In this document: piece after piece, positions 1-13,321 of the stretch
Layout: every line of letters begins with the position of its first letter
Numbering within the stretch: position 1 is the first letter of the stretch
Assembly (NCBI GenBank): GCA_905331295.1
Contig: CAJNYD010000025.1
Coordinates: 124,001 to 188,000, forward strand
Length of the DNA: 64,000 nt
Reading direction: 5' to 3'
Source: Rotaria socialis
Lineage: Eukaryota
Notes under the pieces: model-generated
The model's input: only the letters and a program-made list of their open reading frames with translations
Database searches by the model: none
What the model was told of the DNA's origin: nothing
Program-made: the position numbers and the translations under genes

Positions 1-343
1 CTTAGTATCTTGTGAAATGCACATTCTGTTAACGGGTTTTACTTTAGCTTGCCTTGTTCTGCGATGGCCTTAAAAAAGAATGTACAGATAGGAAAAAATA
101 TATATAATTTCGAAAATAATTGTTCGTTCTCTTTCTCTGTATTTAATACATAAGTATGTTTCATTTAATCTTTCGTTCCCTTCATGAGGTCGAGTGATAA
201 TCAGCAAAAGCTGGAGAATCGTTTATGCATGATTTTTCTCTAAAAATCTACCTTGTATTTCAGTAGCATAGTATCACCTATTTCAATATATCAATCGTGA
301 GCTATAATTTAACTCATTTATACGCTTTTTCCTTTCAGAACAC

Positions 344-641
344 ATGGAGGATATTCAAGCAATCCGGAACGATGTAATAGTTTACGAATGCATCTCATCA
401 TAAGTCTCATTATTTTGTTTAGATCGCGCGAAATAACGGAGAAGTAACGCGTATTGAAGGAGAGTTGTCACAACAACAAAGTAATTTCAATAATTCCAAT
501 CTTCATGATGATGAAAAACGAATTATTGAACAACGCATTTATGATTTAAAACAACAAAAACAAGACTATTTAATAGCCAATGAAACGTTAGAGCGAGAGA
601 TCAGTATGAAATATCTTCCATCAAATATATCCAAATACTAA
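344..641 (+). CDS. Small two-exon coiled-coil-like hypothetical protein (~82 aa)
   Basis: ATG 344, exon 344-373 (MEDIQAIRND), GT-AG intron 374-422, exon 423-641 in frame (IARNNGEVTRIEGELSQQQ...EQRIYDLKQQKQDYL...ISKY*). Not in the ORF track; spliced by eye. Confidence 0.6.
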
Positions 642-855
642 TTTTTGCTTCTTTTTTAGCTCAAATACAAAACCAAGCGGCAAGAGAAAATAAAGAAAAT
701 AATTACTAATAATTAACATAAAAACTTATCGTGCTTTTTTATCTATTCTTATTAATGTGAATGAACACTACCGGTTATTTCATTGATCAATTGTCGCAAA
801 TAAACTGTTCTTTTTTTTTCGATTGTATTACAAAAAGGATAAAATAAAAATCAAT

Positions 856-3170
856 TTACAGCAAAGGAAAATAAATGTAAAAGTCCTTCGAACCAACAAT
901 TTCTCTCCAAGTTTTTAATCGTGTCACTTTGGCACAATTCCGTCGTGTTAGTTCTCGTGTGAAATCTTCTGTTACAACTCTTAAATCTTCATATCGAACA
1001 TGTAATTCAGTTAAGGAAGGTAGATGCGTTTTGGTTTCATCTAATAATTGTTCAACATACTTGATGCTTACTCTCGTAATGTCAAGAAAAGTCAGATGAG
1101 GATACTCAACTATTTGATGGGGTTCGACGATGTCAGTTGATTTCTTCCAATTATGTGACTGCGATGAAAGATCGCTAATATAGAAGCGTTGTAATCTTGG
1201 AAACGCTTGAGCTATTCGTAAGAAGAATTCATGTTCAAATGGAACCATATCACGCACACATAATTCGATGACATTTTTGAATACAATGTTTGGAAATATA
1301 TTACCAATACCCAGGAGCTTGACGAACTCAAAAGGAAGCGTAAAAACATGATGTGTAGCTGTGCAAGCAGAAAACGAAACAATACTCGACACTTCTTGAT
1401 ATCCTGTATTCGTAAAATTTTGTTTAATATTATTATTGGATAAAGAACGAGCCAAATCATTTTTATTGTTCTCCGTACTAAGATAAAAGTTGAATGAGTG
1501 AAGTCGTGACGTATTCACAGAAAATTCACTTATAAGACTAATCGGATCCATGTAAACACTTGGACAAGCGATACGCAAATATAAAGTTAACTTTTCCAGG
1601 TATAACATACGACGAACAAGAGATACGAATTTATCATTATATTCTTCAATTAAACCATAATGTATTAATGAAAACACCTCCATGTTCGGTAGTTCACTCT
1701 AAATAATGAAAATGAAAATTACGCGAAAGTGTTTTCTAAATAAAAAAAAAACATTACACTACCCAAGGGGGAAAGCAGCTCTTGATGGCTCCACAGGATT
1801 CACGATCTGCTTTTTTTCCCTCGATGCTACCGATTGTTTTTCTAAAAAGTCTCTTCTATTCGATAATTGTAATAGTTCAAATATGATTAATAACTAATGA
1901 ATCAAGTACATAAATCTTTGTTTTCGCTGTATCTATCTTAATTACTATTTAGTACATGTCTATTGAGTTTCAAATTACTTGGACGTGAATGATTTTATCA
2001 TAAAAACTACATGTATAGAAGTAGCAGTTGAGAATTGGTAACTTACACATTCGTTCATAATTATTAATTTGTTTGGATTATGGTAGTAAGAATCAATTAT
2101 CTATCTGTTCCATCATATAAGTTAAAACTTGATGAATTCGGTTCTCACGAGTGATAACTTATTATCTGACAAGCTTAAGGAATATTGAAGAAATTGTACG
2201 TATCTATTTTCAAATTTCTCTAGTCTAGTTCTCAAAATTGAAAATATCTTTTGCTTCTAAAGACTGGCTTGAGTCAATTTTTCTTAGACTCGGTTCCGCT
2301 TTTTTGGAGTACAACTAAAGAAGCCTACCAAGTTGTGGACAATTGATAAATCCGTATCCATACAATAAATTCGAACAATAAATGTAGACAAGTGTTTGAG
2401 ACGACCATCAAGTAAACAAAGACAATCAGTGAAATATGAGACATTAATACATAAATAAGTAAGAGTTGACGATGAGAAAGTATTCGATGATAAATAACAA
2501 ATTGATAGACCTGGAGATGCAGGGATCATTGTTCCAGTCACATTCAAATGATTTAGATTCTCGAAGGAGGTTAAAACCTGAGCAAAAACGTTTTTTGTAT
2601 AATCTTTCAATGATCCTACTTCACGTTCGCAATCTTTAACAAAAAGATCAAGTTTTGTAATCTGTCTTTTGAAGATATGTCGAAGCGACGAATCATCTAA
2701 ATTAAAATATAATAAAGAAGCGTCATCAATAATCTATTCTATGCAGTATCGTTGTACTGTGCTGCTTCAGTTGATGGAATGTAGGACACTTCCTTACCTG
2801 CGAAATAACGTGATGAATTGTCACGTTGAAAATTAATGATTTTCAACTCAGTCAAATTGGAATAATTAGCAGCAAGAAGAATACGTTCCATGAACGCTGG
2901 TTCAATAGTAAGACATTTCACATTGTCATGAATTTGAGGTAATATATAATTGAAAAACCGATCAAGTATTGAATCAACCATCGTCGTATTATGAATAATT
3001 GACACTAAACTTAAGGTTTTAGAAAAAGTCTCTTCTCGTGCTAAACTGTTAAGTCGTTCATTATCGATACCAAGTAATGCATAAAGAACGTCAACATTGT
3101 CAAGTTTCTTCAATATATTCAATAACACCTCGTCAGGTAGATCAAGAAGTTGAACACTAGATTGATTCAT
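856..3170 (-). CDS. F-box domain / LRR-like protein, 3 exons (3170-2798, 2696-2329, 1698-856)
   Basis: N-terminal F-box motif LLDLPDEVLLNILKKLDNVDVL, then LxxLxL-type repeats (LNHLNV, LTYLCI, LEKLTL, LTFLDI, LTELHV). Canonical GT/AG sites join ORFs 2739-3287, 2284-2610 and 856-1683 in frame. Confidence 0.85.
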
Positions 3171-5156
3171 GTTTAATATCGACTGTAATACTCTTGTCAA
3201 TATAGATATGTATATATTGATGAATGTTCTTTGTGTCGCTAATGACCATTGACATAAATGAAGAATAGAATGGCGGAATGAACTCATTTTGAGGAGAGAA
3301 AAAAATTACATCGCTGCATCACCCAATGAAAACATTGACGTACATACATATAAATTTTCATATAATGTTCGGTTATGCGGACGTCGAGAAATATGTCATG
3401 TTCGAAAACAAGGAGAAAATATGTTGAAAAATAAAAAGCTGAGGAAGTTTTGTCTCTCTGGTAGATACAATTAATTTTTATTGAAGCCTTAGACGTTTCA
3501 ATAACAGATTTATACTTAGTTCACATTAGATGATTGAGAATTTCTTATCACACGGTCATTTCTTGATAAAATTCTCCATAGAAATACTTTTCCAAAAAGC
3601 GTGTATCTGTTCATAACGGTGTTGTTCTGGAAGTTTGGGTGTAGCTGCTCTCTATTGTGCAAATTCACAACCACACCCACTTTCAGAAATAAAGGGCACT
3701 ATATTTTGACAGTCTTGCACTTGTCATGCCCCTGAATTTTTTAATAATGAATTAAAACTCCAATTTTCATATGATTTTACTTTACGATTTCATTCGATTC
3801 GTTTCAATTATGAAGGGAAAAACAAGCAATATTGCACATCTCGACATTTTCTTATCATCATCAATATTAGTCTTTAACAGCTGTCTTGCTTCTTCAAATA
3901 TTCGATATGATGAACTAAAAATATGCTTGGATATTGCTGAACTTACAGAAGTTCCAAGTAAGCGATCATTCATAAAGATCGCTGAAGCTATCTACTTCTA
4001 CAGTGACTGTTTATAGTAGAATGGGTTTATCCTCTATACTATCACTGAACTTGATTACTCGGTCATAGTTTGACAGATTAAAGTACTCATATCTTAAAAC
4101 CTGAAGCTGTCAATTTGTATTTGTTCTATTAGATTTTATATTTATTGTTTTCATTTTTACTTCATGCATGCTGTCATATAAGTTTTCATCATGTTCATAT
4201 ATTTGTAATGATGCAAATGTTTAGCATTACAATTTTTTTTGCCTTGAACAGTACCTATGCATGTGATGTAACTGTGGAAAAACACTAAATTTTAGGAACT
4301 ATTTTATTTGTGCCGACGATCAATTTGGAATTCTTTCAGAAAAGTTCATGACTGATCCTATTTAACAATAAAAAAAGTGACAGCTGGATCTTGATCGTAA
4401 GTGAAGATGTGAATTTAATACACATTATCTAAATTGACTTGGGAAAAATAATTTTCATACAAATGTTCAGACGATAGTCAGTTATTCTTGAGAAAAGAAA
4501 GAGATGAAAAAGAAATTACCTTAATTTTTTCTTATTTTATGTCTCATTCGGAAAGAAAATGACATGCATCAATTTTATTAAGAGCTTTCGGAAAACAATT
4601 AAATAATCGATAACAGAACATGCAATGCTGGCTGCAGAAGGAAGAAAAAGGTTCTATTTTCTCCGCTTATTTTTATGTATTTAAACTATAAAAATCAGTT
4701 TATTTCTGTAATTTTATTCCCAAAGCAAGAATTTCGAAATGTTTCATCGAGAGACTATTTTTTTGAGAATTGAAAACATGAATGAAAGGAAAAGATAGAT
4801 AATGATTTGTTTTCAATGGCTAGTATTGATTTGGAGAACATTTGAATAATTATTTGAGCAAAATAACTGTTGTAGCATATAGTTGAAGCATTCGATTAGT
4901 CCTATAAAAAAGAATTTCTGGTCACTTAGAATATCATTAATAATAAACGGCAGAAGAGATTTAGGAAGATACTTTATTCTTTTGTCCTTTATCAGATTTT
5001 AAGCCAGCTACGTATGTGAGCTGTTTTTATTTAACTGACAAATTGCTAGTTTATAACACAGGATCAAGTGTCTTCAATAAATAATGTTCTCTTTTTTTTC
5101 TATAAAATTGAACCATCAAGTATATAACAAATCAATGAACATGTGTCATTTTAGGG

Positions 5157-5555
5157 ATGAGTCAAAGCGATATCAAACAAGCGTCCTCCAAAACGAATAC
5201 AGTCGCTCATCGTAAAATATGGACACAGTCAGCATTTTCAACATCATTACGCGATCGTCCTGTGGTATTCAATTCTCAGCATATTGATGATCTCGGTAGA
5301 AAATATTCAATGAATACAAATGAACGAAGACGCTTACGAATTGACGAAGGCAGTTTACTTATGACGAGTGATCCAGACAGCATATTTTATCGACACTTAC
5401 GTGAAGAATTACAAAATACAAGTTCTACTGCAACTCGTCTAGTAGATGAAAAAGAGAAATTGAAGTTATTTGAACAGTATGGTCCAGAACTTGTTGAATT
5501 TATCAAAGACAGAGGAAATCTAAAATCAAAGGTTGACAAAGTTTTTATCATTTAG
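5157..5555 (+). CDS. Hypothetical protein, 132 aa
   Basis: Open ORF with protein-like composition; ATG lies just after a ttttag acceptor; AATAAA-like signal downstream. No family recognised. Confidence 0.55.
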   Translation: MSQSDIKQASSKTNTVAHRKIWTQSAFSTSLRDRPVVFNSQHIDDLGRKYSMNTNERRRLRIDEGSLLMTSDPDSIFYRHLREELQNTSSTATRLVDEKEKLKLFEQYGPELVEFIKDRGNLKSKVDKVFII

Positions 5556-6017
5556 ATTATCCAAATACTCTCAAACTATTATTATTATTTGATCTTCTAT
5601 TGTCGAAAAAAATATAAAAATAAAATCAGATTCACGACACACATAGTCAACTATAGTTAGGTTCAATACTATCGACTAAACATATATGCGTATATACTCA
5701 ACGCATGGATACATATGAAATAGTTGGAGTTCTATGAATAAAAATTTTCGGAAGAATTCAAATCTTAACTAGCTATAATATTCAATCGTCTGGCGAAGCT
5801 TGCAGTTTTAAAGCAGATTTCGCTATATTGATTCTGATCAAATGAATTATTGAAAGTAGATTAAAATTTTTATTTAAAAATTGCTAAAAGCAACATCAAC
5901 TAAATGGACAAACAATATGCATAAACGTGTATTTTTCATAGCGGCGAAGCTGAAAGCACATCGAACTACATATATATGGCTACACATAGTAAAGTAACAT
6001 TGTGTCATTGTAGAATA

Positions 6018-6791
6018 CTACCGTAATGGAAGTACTTGCTTAATAGTCAGACATATTTCCAAAATTGGATCTCTCTTCAATAAACTGCCTGTATATAAAC
6101 GATAGGTAGGGCGGGCATAACGAGATGTGAAACTATAAATGATATTGTCCTTGTCATCATCATGTATTTGTTTATGATAGATAACACAGACATGCACATC
6201 AAGATAACGAAGTTGAGGTAAATCAATATCGATAAGATTTTTCCAATTCTTATCATCAAGCCAATCAACTTTGGCAGTGTGAAAATCAATCATAGAGAAT
6301 GTTTTCAGGCATTTAAAGTGTTTAAACAATTGTCGACACTGATTAAATGAAAGATTTTTTAGTCTTTTCAAGACTAAAGTATGTACATTACATAGATTCA
6401 TTGGAAAATGATTGAGTAATTGTTCGTATGAACTGTTATGCCATAATTTAAGCGTATGAATCTGCCATGGAGAAATATCAGGTAAAATATGTTTCAAATA
6501 AAAATTATTTTCTCTGATAGAATGAATAGCGTATCCTCTTATGCATGAGAAAGCGATTAATTGATTAAGACGTAAATTGAGTCCATGAAATATAGTATAA
6601 ATATCGAGCAAAGTAAAATAATTAAAAATCTCCAAGAGTAACTCATTTGGTAAATATTCAAATGAAGTGTATGCAGAAGCGTGAACTTTTTTTCTTCTTT
6701 TATAGATTCTATTTTTGCCGTCAGACGATGAAGAAAAACAAGTGAATCTCGATAATAAAGTTTGCACGAAAGTATACGATCCATCAGACAT
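6018..6791 (-). CDS. F-box domain / LRR-like protein
   Basis: FEYLPNELLLEIFNYF F-box motif, followed by IHTLKL/VHTLVL/LRYLDV repeats. Likely ATG at 6791 directly after a tttcag acceptor. Confidence 0.8.
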   Translation of the reverse strand: MSDGSYTFVQTLLSRFTCFSSSSDGKNRIYKRRKKVHASAYTSFEYLPNELLLEIFNYFTLLDIYTIFHGLNLRLNQLIAFSCIRGYAIHSIRENNFYLKHILPDISPWQIHTLKLWHNSSYEQLLNHFPMNLCNVHTLVLKRLKNLSFNQCRQLFKHFKCLKTFSMIDFHTAKVDWLDDKNWKNLIDIDLPQLRYLDVHVCVIYHKQIHDDDKDNIIYSFTSRYARPTYRLYTGSLLKRDPILEICLTIKQVLPLR

Positions 6792-8712
6792 CTGAAAGGA
6801 AACAATCGCAGACAAGTTTGTTTACGTATTTTCTATTCAAGTAAACACAAAGACAATAAAAAAAGAAGTCATCTGAACATTTTAAACAGTCTATATAGTT
6901 CGGTTTCATTTAATACGGCTCGTGTTTCTAGAATGAAAAGGAGGCCATCATAAAACTATTGATTCGCTCACATTTATCAACCAATGATACAAGCAAAGCA
7001 TAGAAGAAAAAAAAAAGAAAATGTCAGTAATATTATATAATAAGCTGAACATCCATAAAACTGCGGCATGAAATTGCAACACAACAGAGAATAGCGTAAA
7101 ATATTGTTCCTTTCTATTTTATGTGAATTACGTTTATCGTAGCAACTATAAAATAATGGACACAGATAAAAGAAATTCAATGCAACAAGAAAGCCATCTT
7201 TCAAAAAGTTTACAGTTTAAGAACAAATGACTACGTTGATAAACATTCTTTACAGTTGAAAATAATATTATTTCTCAGGTGGGAATATTTAGATCTATGA
7301 TTTCACACGCAACAAATAATAGATTTTAGATTCAATGAAAGCTTTTAGAAAGTGGAGTTGATCAATTTTAAGAGGATAATTTCTTTTTTTTTAGATAGCC
7401 CTCTATATCTCCAACTTACTGCATATTTCAAGCTTTTTTTGTAGCATACCATTTCCCATGACGCTTAGTCCAAGTAAAATTCAAAGATCTCTTTTTAAAT
7501 ATTTCCTATACAAAACTCACTTTTTCACGTTAATTCAAACTCAATGGATTCTCTATCTTTTTCTATACTGAGCACAAAGAAAGTGCTTCGGACAAACATC
7601 CTTTACAATGTTTTCCATCATAATAAAATCCATTGTTTTTCCTACAGTTTTTTTTCTAACTATTTATTTGCAACTATGATTAACCACTTGTACACTATCG
7701 TATTACACATTTTAGAACTGAATTAATCAGATGATCGATATATTCTAGGAAACATAGATGATGATCATTATTATAACAAGCGCAGTATAATTGGCGTATT
7801 CAAATGTTTCGTTATACAGTCTAAACAAAGTTTCAAATGTGCATTATACAGATGAATCATTCGTATAACGATTATTATACCTTCACTGTTGTACTTATTA
7901 CTATATCTTTTCAGTAACTTTGACAACGTTTTTTACGGAGCTTACTGTTAAAAATAGACTAGAACGAGGTAAATGAGCTAGATTAAAGTTAAAAAATTCT
8001 TTGATAGCATATTCTCCGAGAAAAAGCTTTAACAATGTATTTCAGATAGCAAAGTTTCATTATTTCTCAAAAGCGTTGGTGTTGATGTGCTACATTATAA
8101 AAGAAAGAAATCCGTACACTAGTCGACAAAACTTGGATCTATGAAAAAAATAGTAAGACAAACCGATGATGTTTTCATTCTTTTCTCAAAGGAGAAAAGA
8201 TATTACTAACTTGAACAAATGAAAAAAAAAAGCTTTTGATCCATAACGATATAACAACGATGCCATCCATTCGATACGCCTATCTAGTCTTCATCTTAGT
8301 ATTTATTGTTAGCAACAACTAATATCATGCGACTGACGATCAGTCGTAGGTGTAAATATATCATATGAAATTTCTAGCGATCCTACCAAATTGTGACAAT
8401 TTTCATTAGGTACGCAATGAAAGTAATAAGATTTAAATTGAAAATTGATTTTTCAAAGTGGATATGCAGTTAGGTTGCTCATTAAAATCTGAATTTGATT
8501 CGTATTAACTCCGATTAAGTGAATTACATTTTTATTGAATTTAAGCAATTCGTTTTCTCTAATATGCCACGATATTCAACAGAAATGTTCGATATAGAAC
8601 AGGTCTATCCTAAAAACTTGAATGGTACGGTAAAATATTAAGTATTGAACTAAACTAGATCGATATTGCCTGTTGGTGTACGATTAAAATATGATCATAC
8701 GAGTATATAAAG

Positions 8713-8911
8713 CAGTGGCGTAGCTAGGATCTTTTGAGTGATGGGCCGCTTCCCAGCTTAATTATTTTGAGACATGGGCGGTATTGGACAATTAAAAAAA
8801 CCGATTGGGCCGCAACTGGAAGTTGTCAAAAGTTTATTGCTACCTCCAAATCTATCTTGTTTCAAGGAAATCTGTCACTAACCTATTAGAAATCAGAGGT
8901 GTCCACAGGGC
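8713..8911. mobile_element. Probable left end of a hAT-type DNA transposon running into the gap
   Basis: Begins CAGTGGCG, the same terminus as the 8-bp-TSD element at 39824; the other end is not visible. Confidence 0.4.
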
Positions 8912-9856
8912 NNNNNNNNNNNNNNNNNNNNNNNNNNNNNNNNNNNNNNNNNNNNNNNNNNNNNNNNNNNNNNNNNNNNNNNNNNNNNNNNNNNNNNNNN
9001 NNNNNNNNNNNNNNNNNNNNNNNNNNNNNNNNNNNNNNNNNNNNNNNNNNNNNNNNNNNNNNNNNNNNNNNNNNNNNNNNNNNNNNNNNNNNNNNNNNNN
9101 NNNNNNNNNNNNNNNNNNNNNNNNNNNNNNNNNNNNNNNNNNNNNNNNNNNNNNNNNNNNNNNNNNNNNNNNNNNNNNNNNNNNNNNNNNNNNNNNNNNN
9201 NNNNNNNNNNNNNNNNNNNNNNNNNNNNNNNNNNNNNNNNNNNNNNNNNNNNNNNNNNNNNNNNNNNNNNNNNNNNNNNNNNNNNNNNNNNNNNNNNNNN
9301 NNNNNNNNNNNNNNNNNNNNNNNNNNNNNNNNNNNNNNNNNNNNNNNNNNNNNNNNNNNNNNNNNNNNNNNNNNNNNNNNNNNNNNNNNNNNNNNNNNNN
9401 NNNNNNNNNNNNNNNNNNNNNNNNNNNNNNNNNNNNNNNNNNNNNNNNNNNNNNNNNNNNNNNNNNNNNNNNNNNNNNNNNNNNNNNNNNNNNNNNNNNN
9501 NNNNNNNNNNNNNNNNNNNNNNNNNNNNNNNNNNNNNNNNNNNNNNNNNNNNNNNNNNNNNNNNNNNNNNNNNNNNNNNNNNNNNNNNNNNNNNNNNNNN
9601 NNNNNNNNNNNNNNNNNNNNNNNNNNNNNNNNNNNNNNNNNNNNNNNNNNNNNNNNNNNNNNNNNNNNNNNNNNNNNNNNNNNNNNNNNNNNNNNNNNNN
9701 NNNNNNNNNNNNNNNNNNNNNNNNNNNNNNNNNNNNNNNNNNNNNNNNNNNNNNNNNNNNNNNNNNNNNNNNNNNNNNNNNNNNNNNNNNNNNNNNNNNN
9801 NNNNNNNNNNNNNNNNNNNNNNNNNNNNNNNNNNNNNNNNNNNNNNNNNNNNNNNN
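8912..9856. other. Assembly gap (N run)
   Basis: Run of N characters. Confidence 1.
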
Positions 9857-10676
9857 CTTTTTCCCCCTTGATTTTAGTAGTGTACTCACTTTTTGAGTAC
9901 ACAAAAACCAGTAAATGCCTGATTAATTCCGCCCAAGCCAAGAATTATAATTCTCGGAACAAACAAAAAGATCAAGAAAAGTATGAATTGCAGTTCGAAT
10001 TCATGAAAATTTATTGAAATACAAAACAATTAATAAATCAGTACCGACCAATAACATTTACAAGTTTTAACTAGTAAACTATTTAGCTGACAACTAGTAC
10101 ATTACCTCAGCAATGTTCATTATAGAATATATGAACAGATACATTGTTGAGTTGGTGAAACAACAGTCGATGATGGTACATTGCAGATGAACAAGCGAAG
10201 TTTCATATAGGCTAGAAGTGATAGATTATGTTGATCATCTAATTACAATTATGATATCCGTATATTTTCTTTTGACGTGATCTATAGAGGCGAAAACTTT
10301 TTTATCGATACTTGGCAACATTTATATGATTACATTGCACATACATATCAAGAATGAACGATAAGTAAACTTCTAGTGTTACTACTTTAGAGCTTCAAAA
10401 ATAAAACAAACTCATGTGATTGGCCAAGTTTGTTGTGAATGCAATACAAAACTGTCACTTACAACTATTCCAAACAGTAAGTCTAATAATTCAAGTGAAT
10501 TATGAAGAAATTTCAAAATCAGTCCTTGCGCTTCTCAGGATTAATGTTGTTATCCAGATTCTTCTTAGTATATTTCGTATAGACGAAGTGACTGGAGACG
10601 TCAGAATGTGTTGTTAATTCAAATGCTTCCGAAGACAAAATGACAGAACTCTGAACATCTTTTGATAATCTAGATT

Positions 10677-11863
10677 TAGGGATGGGCGGTTTCAGTTTAC
10701 TGAACACTGATGTCACCGACGCACTGGAACATTGACGACTGATTACACTGCACCGCCCCAGTGAAAAATATTACTAAAAAAGAACGGTAAAGAATGTGTT
10801 CCAAAAGAACTGAAGCTCTTTTTTTATGAAAAGAACACGTTCCACAACAAATGGAAACCGTTCTCAAATGGAACGCGCTAGAACGCATTCTATCATTCTA
10901 AGAAGGTGTTCTTGGTCGTTTCGAAATGGAACAGTGAGGAACGCATTCTGCCACTTGTGGAACGCTTTCTCTTCTTTAAAACGGTTAACCTTTCTGATCA
11001 CCTGGGTGATCATTAATAGATGAATCTACAATTAGTCAAAAGGCTGTTCCTGGTGCAACTTGACGAGCTCTATCGAATGGCGTCTCCAATTCGTTGTCAC
11101 TGAAACCGTTATTAAAATAATAATTTTTCTAAATCAGACCAAATATCCCTAAAGTAAAATCGAATGAAGATTCAATCATTTCTCACATCAATTTCAACCT
11201 GCTTTGCTTCAGACCTTTCATTTTAGAATGAAAATGTGGTTTGCTTCGAAAAGAAAGCATTCATCTCTTCAGAGAATCCATTGTCTTAAAGGCTCGTGAG
11301 AGAACGTAAAAGGAAGCTATTTTATTTCGATGAAATGCTATGTTAACCGTTCCGAAAGAAAATGAACTAGAATGAATTCTACTGGTTTAAGAATGATTCA
11401 GAATGCTTTCTCTTCAAATAGGGAACGATTTTTCAGTATAGAAGAAAGTATTCCATACTAGTGTGGAACGGTAAAGAACGAGTTCCTTCAGATCGAGAAT
11501 ATTTCTTTCTGACTCTGAACGCATTCGCTCAAACAAGGAACGCATTCTCTACGTAGGAGATAGGTTTCCAAATCCGCATGAAACCATTCTATTCCGTTTT
11601 TTTTCGAAATATTTCTCACTGGGATGCAGACGTTCTGCTTTCGTTATTCAGTACGTCCGTATGTCAGTGTTTTACTAAACACCGATATCAGTGTATCACT
11701 GCTCACCGACTAGCAATATTTTAGTGAGTGACGGTGCATCAGTGATCTCGGTGTCAGTATAATTTCAGCGCCAGTATCATCAGTGCAGTGCAATCAGTCG
11801 TCAGTGTTTTCGGCGGCCTCAGTGTCAGTATTTCAGTATGTGGACTGAAACCTCCCATCCCTA
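10677..11863. mobile_element. Non-autonomous hAT-type element with nested insertion
   Basis: TIRs TAGGGATGGG(C/A)GGTTTCAGT; perfect 8-bp TSD TCTAGATT at 10669-10676 and 11864-11871; CAGTG-rich subterminal repeats. Confidence 0.85.
10757..11623. mobile_element. Nested CCC-ended non-autonomous TIR element
   Basis: ~40-bp imperfect TIR CCCAGTGA(A/G)AAATATT...AACGG..AGAATG; internal GAACGCATTC-type repeats; TSD not clear. Confidence 0.7.
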
Positions 11864-12523
11864 TCTAGATTAGCTCACGTTATTATTTGGAATTCTATAA
11901 CATTTGTAGCGATAAAATCAACCAAATCGATTCCAGTCGACACAAAATTAATTAGTACACACTGACAAGTATAACACTAGTTGTTTTAGGTTTGTTATTC
12001 ACAACTCTTTGTTTACAATGTTGAAAATAACAGTTTACTACCTCTTCTAGTTTTGGTACGTTGCGACCATTAAAAGTAAAACAAAAACCAGCATTGACTA
12101 CATGGGTTTTCTACAAAAGTAAGAAGTAATTAGGGACTCAAGTTTGTAAAAGAAATATTGAAAATAAACGTTCAAATGAAACGTGTAACACTTGCATATG
12201 AAGGATTCAAGATAAGCAAAGCTTATCATCAAGATATTTTTTGTCGATTCTTAGTTTTTACTGAGTGGGAATCATTTATTTTATTCTTAAGAACCTTCTA
12301 AAAAGTAGAAAAGTTCTTTTAAGAAAAACTTGTTGTTTTATTAACGAAGTAAAGAGTTAACAAGTATTCATATTTTTCTTTCATCTAGAAAACACTAAGT
12401 AATGAACATCAGTTCTTCATACGTCTGGCATTCGGCACTCATTCTTTTTTTTAATATATACGCGTAAAACATTGTATTTAGCGAAATAAAAATCGATAAA
12501 TAGAATGATTATAATTAAAATTC

Positions 12524-13321
12524 TCAGCCACTCGTAGAAAGTAAACACAAAATAAAAGGTAGAAAATGAAATCCAATTATGAAAACTAAAACACCTAAAT
12601 CTGCTTCTTCTCCAACCACAGCCTTCTTTTCTAGAATAACTTTAGACACGATTAAAAAGCTAAAATAGAAACTACAAACAATTAAAAATAATAAAGAAGT
12701 ATATTTTAGTCTAATCGTTAGTGTCGCTTGAGAAACAGAAGAAAATAAATGAATCCAAGCAAATCCAAAAAATAATATCGAAGTAGATAAACCGACATAA
12801 ATTACAGAAAATGGTGATAAAGAAAGCATTGGCTTTTTGAAATAGCCAGTTGATAGAATCCACCGATAGAAGTTATCTTGACCATCCTCTTCAAAGATAT
12901 GATCGAGTTGAAAATGTAATAAGCATCCAGCAACTGCTAATAAATAACAATCTTTCATACTTAAAGGCACTAAACTTCTATTTGTTTGCTCTCTGTTCAC
13001 ATTTGACGGATCAGTATCGAATGATTTTATGTATTTCCAGTTCAGTATTTTTCGTGTTAATCGAGAAGATAAAAATGACATCAAAGGTGCAATTATCAGA
13101 ACATATCCAATACTATGATGAATCCATGTCATGGCTTGATCAGCTATCGTAGGAGAACTCACTGAAAAACACCAAGCAATAAAATTTCCAATATCAGGTC
13201 CAATAAATCCATTTAAAGCCAATAAAAGACAATGAACGGCTGTGAAAGATCCTTTTGTGGACACCATGATTAATGTTCCAAGGCCCAATGCATAACCAAT
13301 ATGAATAAATGGACTTGGCAT
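12524..13321 (-). CDS. Intronless multi-pass membrane protein, putative metal-binding hydrolase-like (YdjM/DUF457-type His/Asp pattern)
   Basis: ORF 12524-13348 with likely start MPSPFIH at 13321; several hydrophobic segments; motifs IHIG, GPDIG, WIHHS, HFQLDHIFEE, WILSTG, EEADLGVLVF. Confidence 0.75.
   Translation of the reverse strand: MPSPFIHIGYALGLGTLIMVSTKGSFTAVHCLLLALNGFIGPDIGNFIAWCFSVSSPTIADQAMTWIHHSIGYVLIIAPLMSFLSSRLTRKILNWKYIKSFDTDPSNVNREQTNRSLVPLSMKDCYLLAVAGCLLHFQLDHIFEEDGQDNFYRWILSTGYFKKPMLSLSPFSVIYVGLSTSILFFGFAWIHLFSSVSQATLTIRLKYTSLLFLIVCSFYFSFLIVSKVILEKKAVVGEEADLGVLVFIIGFHFLPFILCLLSTSG

Larger units (their letters stand above)
10150..11960 (-). pseudogene. Possible decayed C-type lectin-like gene split by the hAT composite element
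   Basis: Minus-strand fragments YRYKCYRIPNNNVS* (right of the insertion), and RIWIT and LRLFICN (left of it), resemble CTL motifs CY...W, WIG and FIC. Many stops. Confidence 0.3.

Noticed and set aside
3500..4100. Minus-strand exon-like fragments with stops
   Set aside because: Possibly a pseudogene, but no recognisable motif to support a call.
8805..10017. Four long ORFs of 350-372 aa
   Set aside because: Artefacts of translating through the N gap.
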